A stretch of DNA of 64,000 nt from an uncultured Verrucomicrobiae bacterium (lineage in GTDB: Bacteria > Verrucomicrobiota > Verrucomicrobiia > Chthoniobacterales > JAATET01). The stretch covers positions 96,001-160,000 of the forward strand of contig CAVRCI010000013.1 in assembly GCA_963719495.1 (NCBI GenBank). The letters run 5' to 3'. The notes under the pieces were generated by a model. The model was not told where the DNA came from. It worked only from the letters and a program-made list of their open reading frames with translations, and did not search any database. Both the position numbers and the translations under genes were made by a program. Shown one piece after another: positions 60,709 to 64,000 of this stretch (position 1 is the first letter of the stretch; each line of letters begins with the position of its first letter).

Positions 60709-62658
60709 ATGAAAATCCACCCCGTCACCTCACCCCGGAAGCGTCGCCTCGTGCGACCCGTCCTCCTCACCGCCCTGCTGGCGATGACCGTCCCGGCGCT
60801 CGTCACCCCGGCCACGGCCCAATACTCGACCACCACCGCGCCCATTTCCGACGACGCGTACCTGCTGGGCCCCGACGAGCTCGACGAAATGCTCGGCCCC
60901 ATTGCGCTCTACCCCGACGCTCTCGTCAGCCTCATGCTTCCCGCGGCCACCGTCCCCACGGACATCACGCTCGCCACCCGCTACCTCGACGATGGCGACC
61001 TCGATTACGTCGACGACCAGCCTTGGGACGAGAGCGTGATCGGCCTCACCCGCTACCCCGACGTCCTCGCCTGGATGGATGAGAATCTCGAATGGACCGC
61101 CGCTCTCGGCGAAGCCTTCTACGCCCAGCCGGAGGACGTCATGGCCTCCGTCCAGCGCCTTCGCGACGACGCCCGCGAAGTCGGTTCCCTCGTGAACACT
61201 CCGCAGCAGACCGTCATCGTCGAGCAGGAAGTCATCCGCATCGTTCCGACCGATCCCGAGATCATCTACGTCCCCGTCTACGATCCCCAGGTCGTCTACG
61301 TCGAGACCTACGAGCCCGCCTACGTCGGCAACGCCATCAGCTTCGGCGTCGGATTCGCCGTCGGCAGCTGGCTCAGTTACGACTTCGATTGGCGCCGCCG
61401 CGAGTTCTACTACGGCCCCGGCTACGGCTACAACAACCGCGACTACTGGTATGACCGCGGCTCCTACGACCGCGACCGCAACGTCAACGTCGTCGAGACC
61501 AACACCAACATCTCGAACGTCAACAACATCACCAGCGTCGACAATCGCAACATCGACAACCGCACCATCAACAAATGGCAGCCCAGCAACCGCAGCGACC
61601 GTCAGATCGAACAGCGTCGGCGCAACAACGGCGGCAACGCCCGCATCGTCCAAGCCGACCGCAAGAACCGCGCCGAAGGCAAAAAGCCCAACGGCAAGGC
61701 GAACAACCCGGCCATCCCCAAACCCGCGAAGCTGAAGGCCGACAAGAACCGCAAACCCGCCGGACCTCGCAAGGACGACAAGCGCCCGAACCAGCCCAAC
61801 AAGCAGGCGAACAACGACAAGCGCCCGAACCAGGACCGCAAGAACAACGCCAACAACAGCCGGGACAACGACAACGACAAGGGCAGGAAAACCAACAACG
61901 TCAACGCCGACCGCCCGAACCGCCCCAAGGTGCCCAGCGCCGCGCCGAAGGTCGCGGACAAAGCCAACGATCGCAAAAACGACAACGGCAACAAAAACCG
62001 GCAGGCGAAGGACAACAAACCAGCCGACCGCCCAAACGCGGACCGGAAAGGCAAATCGGACGTGAAGAAGCCCACCGAACGCCCGAACAAGCCAGCCGAG
62101 CGGAAGGCATCCGCGAACAAGCCAACCAAGCCGTCCGAAAAGCCAGCCAACCGTCCTTCGAACCAGGACCGTGAAAAAGCGGAGAAGCGCGCCAACGACG
62201 ACCAGCGCCAGAAGCAACAGCGCGAACAGGAACAGCGCAAGCAACAGGCTGACCGCCAGAAACGCCAGCAGCAGGAAGAGCGGCAACAGAAGCAGGCCCG
62301 CGACCAGCAGGCCGAGCGGCAGAAACAGGCCGACCGCCAGAAACAAGCCGAGCGCCAGAAGCAGGGAGAGCGTCAGCAACAGCAGCGCCAGCAAGCCGAA
62401 CGGCAACAGCAGGCCGAGCGGCAACAGCGCCAGAAGCAGGCCGAGCGCCAGCAGCAGGCTCAACGGCAGCAGCAAGCTCAGCGGCAACAGCAGCAGCAAC
62501 AACAACAACAACGCCAGCAGCAGGCCCAGCGCCCGCAGCAGCAGCAGCGCCAGCAACAGCAGCGCCCCCAGCAGCAGCAACGCCAGAACTCGAATCGTGA
62601 AGACGACTCGAACCAAAAGAAAAAGAAGAAGAACAACAACAACGGCAACCGCAACTAG
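60709..62658 (+). CDS. DUF3300 domain protein with a long N/K/Q/R-rich disordered tail
   Basis: LGPIALYPDAL, WDESV, LGEAF, VQRLR, IYVPVYDP. Confidence 0.88.
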   Translation: MKIHPVTSPRKRRLVRPVLLTALLAMTVPALVTPATAQYSTTTAPISDDAYLLGPDELDEMLGPIALYPDALVSLMLPAATVPTDITLATRYLDDGDLDYVDDQPWDESVIGLTRYPDVLAWMDENLEWTAALGEAFYAQPEDVMASVQRLRDDAREVGSLVNTPQQTVIVEQEVIRIVPTDPEIIYVPVYDPQVVYVETYEPAYVGNAISFGVGFAVGSWLSYDFDWRRREFYYGPGYGYNNRDYWYDRGSYDRDRNVNVVETNTNISNVNNITSVDNRNIDNRTINKWQPSNRSDRQIEQRRRNNGGNARIVQADRKNRAEGKKPNGKANNPAIPKPAKLKADKNRKPAGPRKDDKRPNQPNKQANNDKRPNQDRKNNANNSRDNDNDKGRKTNNVNADRPNRPKVPSAAPKVADKANDRKNDNGNKNRQAKDNKPADRPNADRKGKSDVKKPTERPNKPAERKASANKPTKPSEKPANRPSNQDREKAEKRANDDQRQKQQREQEQRKQQADRQKRQQQEERQQKQARDQQAERQKQADRQKQAERQKQGERQQQQRQQAERQQQAERQQRQKQAERQQQAQRQQQAQRQQQQQQQQQRQQQAQRPQQQQRQQQQRPQQQQRQNSNREDDSNQKKKKKNNNNGNRN

Positions 62659-62667
62659 CCCGTCACC

Positions 62668-62694
62668 GGTGGTTCCCGATCCTCGGGAACCACC
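62668..62694. terminator. Hairpin between convergent genes (possible terminator)
   Basis: GGTGGTTCCCGA-TCC-TCGGGAACCACC. Confidence 0.55.
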
Positions 62695-62715
62695 TCTTCG
62701 GCGGAACCGGCCCGC

Positions 62716-63522
62716 TCATTCGATGTGCCCGTATCGGGCGCGAACCGCGCAATACACCCCGTAGGCCGCCAAGCCCAGCGCCATCGCCCCGAGCAGCCAG
62801 GCGCCATAAGGCTGCTGCTCGAGCGACTCGATCGCCGCGCCTGATCCCTTCACGGCACCCGAGTTTGCCTGCCATCCGGCTGTGATCAGGAACCCACCGA
62901 TCAGCAGAAACACGAACCCGCGCGCCGCGATCCCGAACCTCGCCAGGCGATCCACCCATTTCTTCACCGTCGCGCTTCCGTCCGTGACCGTGAATTTTTT
63001 CCGATACCGAGCCGAAAACGATTGGTAGAAAAACCACCCCGCAACCCCGACGATCGCCAGCCCGACCGCGATCACCGCCCATTCTCCCAGCGGCTGCCGC
63101 ATCGCCGTCGAAGCGGCCTCCCGGGTCCCCGAGCCGCCTCCATCGCTCCCACCACTCCCCACCAGCCGACTCCCCGCCGCCCACGCCAGACCAGCGTAGG
63201 CCAGGCCGCTGAACAAATACCCGCCCCGCTTCGCGAGCGCGGCGAATCCATCCTTCCCACCCATCGACGGACCGAAAGCCGCGATCAGCCGCCAACCGAC
63301 GTAGCAGACAATCCCCACGAACAACAGCGCCAGAATGAACCAACCGAACGGCTGCCCCGCGAGCACGTCGAGCGTCGATTTCGCGTCCGGCTCCTGCGAA
63401 CCCCAGTTCAATGCCTCCATCCCCGCGAGCCCGGCGATCGTGAAATAAATCACCGCCTTCGCCGTGTATCCCGCCCTCGCCATCGCATCCACCCAACCTT
63501 TTTTATCACTCTTGCCACTCAT
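62716..63522 (-). CDS. DUF1206 membrane protein
   Basis: ARAGYTAKAVIY, three QPFG/QPLG/QPYG repeats, ARFGIAARG. Confidence 0.85.
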   Translation of the reverse strand: MSGKSDKKGWVDAMARAGYTAKAVIYFTIAGLAGMEALNWGSQEPDAKSTLDVLAGQPFGWFILALLFVGIVCYVGWRLIAAFGPSMGGKDGFAALAKRGGYLFSGLAYAGLAWAAGSRLVGSGGSDGGGSGTREAASTAMRQPLGEWAVIAVGLAIVGVAGWFFYQSFSARYRKKFTVTDGSATVKKWVDRLARFGIAARGFVFLLIGGFLITAGWQANSGAVKGSGAAIESLEQQPYGAWLLGAMALGLAAYGVYCAVRARYGHIE

Positions 63523-63613
63523 TCCCGAAACGTTCGTCGCTCGGCCCCGAACCGGTCGGGCAAGTCTGGAGGTTGCGATCCTTCGAAACCGGAGCGAAAC
63601 TCCTGCCGAAATC

Positions 63614-64000
63614 ATGATCCGTCCGAAATTCTTCCTGTCCCTCCCGTCCGTTCTCCTGGCCCTGGCGATCGCTTCAACACCCGCAATCTTCGCTGAATCC
63701 GAAACCAGCGCCGCGAAGCCCGTCGTGGACTTCAGCGAACCATCCGACGCCGAGGCTTGGGACGTGGTGAACGACGGAGTGATGGGCGGGTTGTCCCGCG
63801 GCGAGATGAACGTGACCGACGGCGCGCTCGATTTCTCCGGCACCCTGTCGCTCGAGAACAACGGCGGCTTCTCGCTCGTCGAAACGTCCGGCGGGACTCG
63901 GAATTTCGAGGGAGCCACCGGAGTCCGCCTCCGCGTCAAGGGTGACGGACGCACCTACACCTTTCGCCTCGGCACCGACGCCCGCCACCGCGGCGACCGC
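63614..64000 (+). CDS. CIA30-family protein, partial (runs off the window; absent from the ORF track)
   Basis: ATG 63614, signal peptide, WDVVNDGVMGGLS, LSLENNGGF, VKGDGRTY. Confidence 0.88.
   Translation, partial: MIRPKFFLSLPSVLLALAIASTPAIFAESETSAAKPVVDFSEPSDAEAWDVVNDGVMGGLSRGEMNVTDGALDFSGTLSLENNGGFSLVETSGGTRNFEGATGVRLRVKGDGRTYTFRLGTDARHRGDR

Noticed and set aside
1..64000. CRISPR array
   Set aside because: No run of identical 25-45 bp repeats with unique spacers; repeats are dispersed or short tandem units, and there are no cas genes

Overview
High-GC bacterial chromosome segment, most likely Verrucomicrobiota. This is inferred from a PEP-CTERM protein, a prepilin/H-X9-DG protein, LpxI, DUF3300 and sulfatase/glycosidase content. 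From left to right: a partial tRNA (probably Phe); cimA; a uric acid-to-allantoate catabolism cluster with a coupled sulfotransferase; an orphan ketosynthase/chain-length-factor-like pair; upp and galT; a two-component/CsbD/ECF-sigma cluster; comEC; a ~20 kb LacI-controlled carbohydrate-utilisation locus (24.5-44.8 kb); the lipid A genes lpxI, a gnnA-like gene and lpxB; HIT; slyD; an orphan binding protein coupled to a hybrid kinase; a lower-GC three-gene cassette directly downstream of comM; then DUF3300, DUF1206 and a partial CIA30 gene. The best candidate for an undescribed system is that cassette at 55.8-58.9 kb (D12 adenine methyltransferase, ParB-like protein, PD-(D/E)xK nuclease-like protein), a probable antiphage system. 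Also notable are a 16-bp LacI-type operator at five promoters of the glycan locus, an anchored/unanchored PEP-CTERM paralogue pair, several families of REP-like and short tandem intergenic repeats, and blocks of extreme C-skew that ignore gene orientation. All product calls come from motif recognition by eye; no searches were run.
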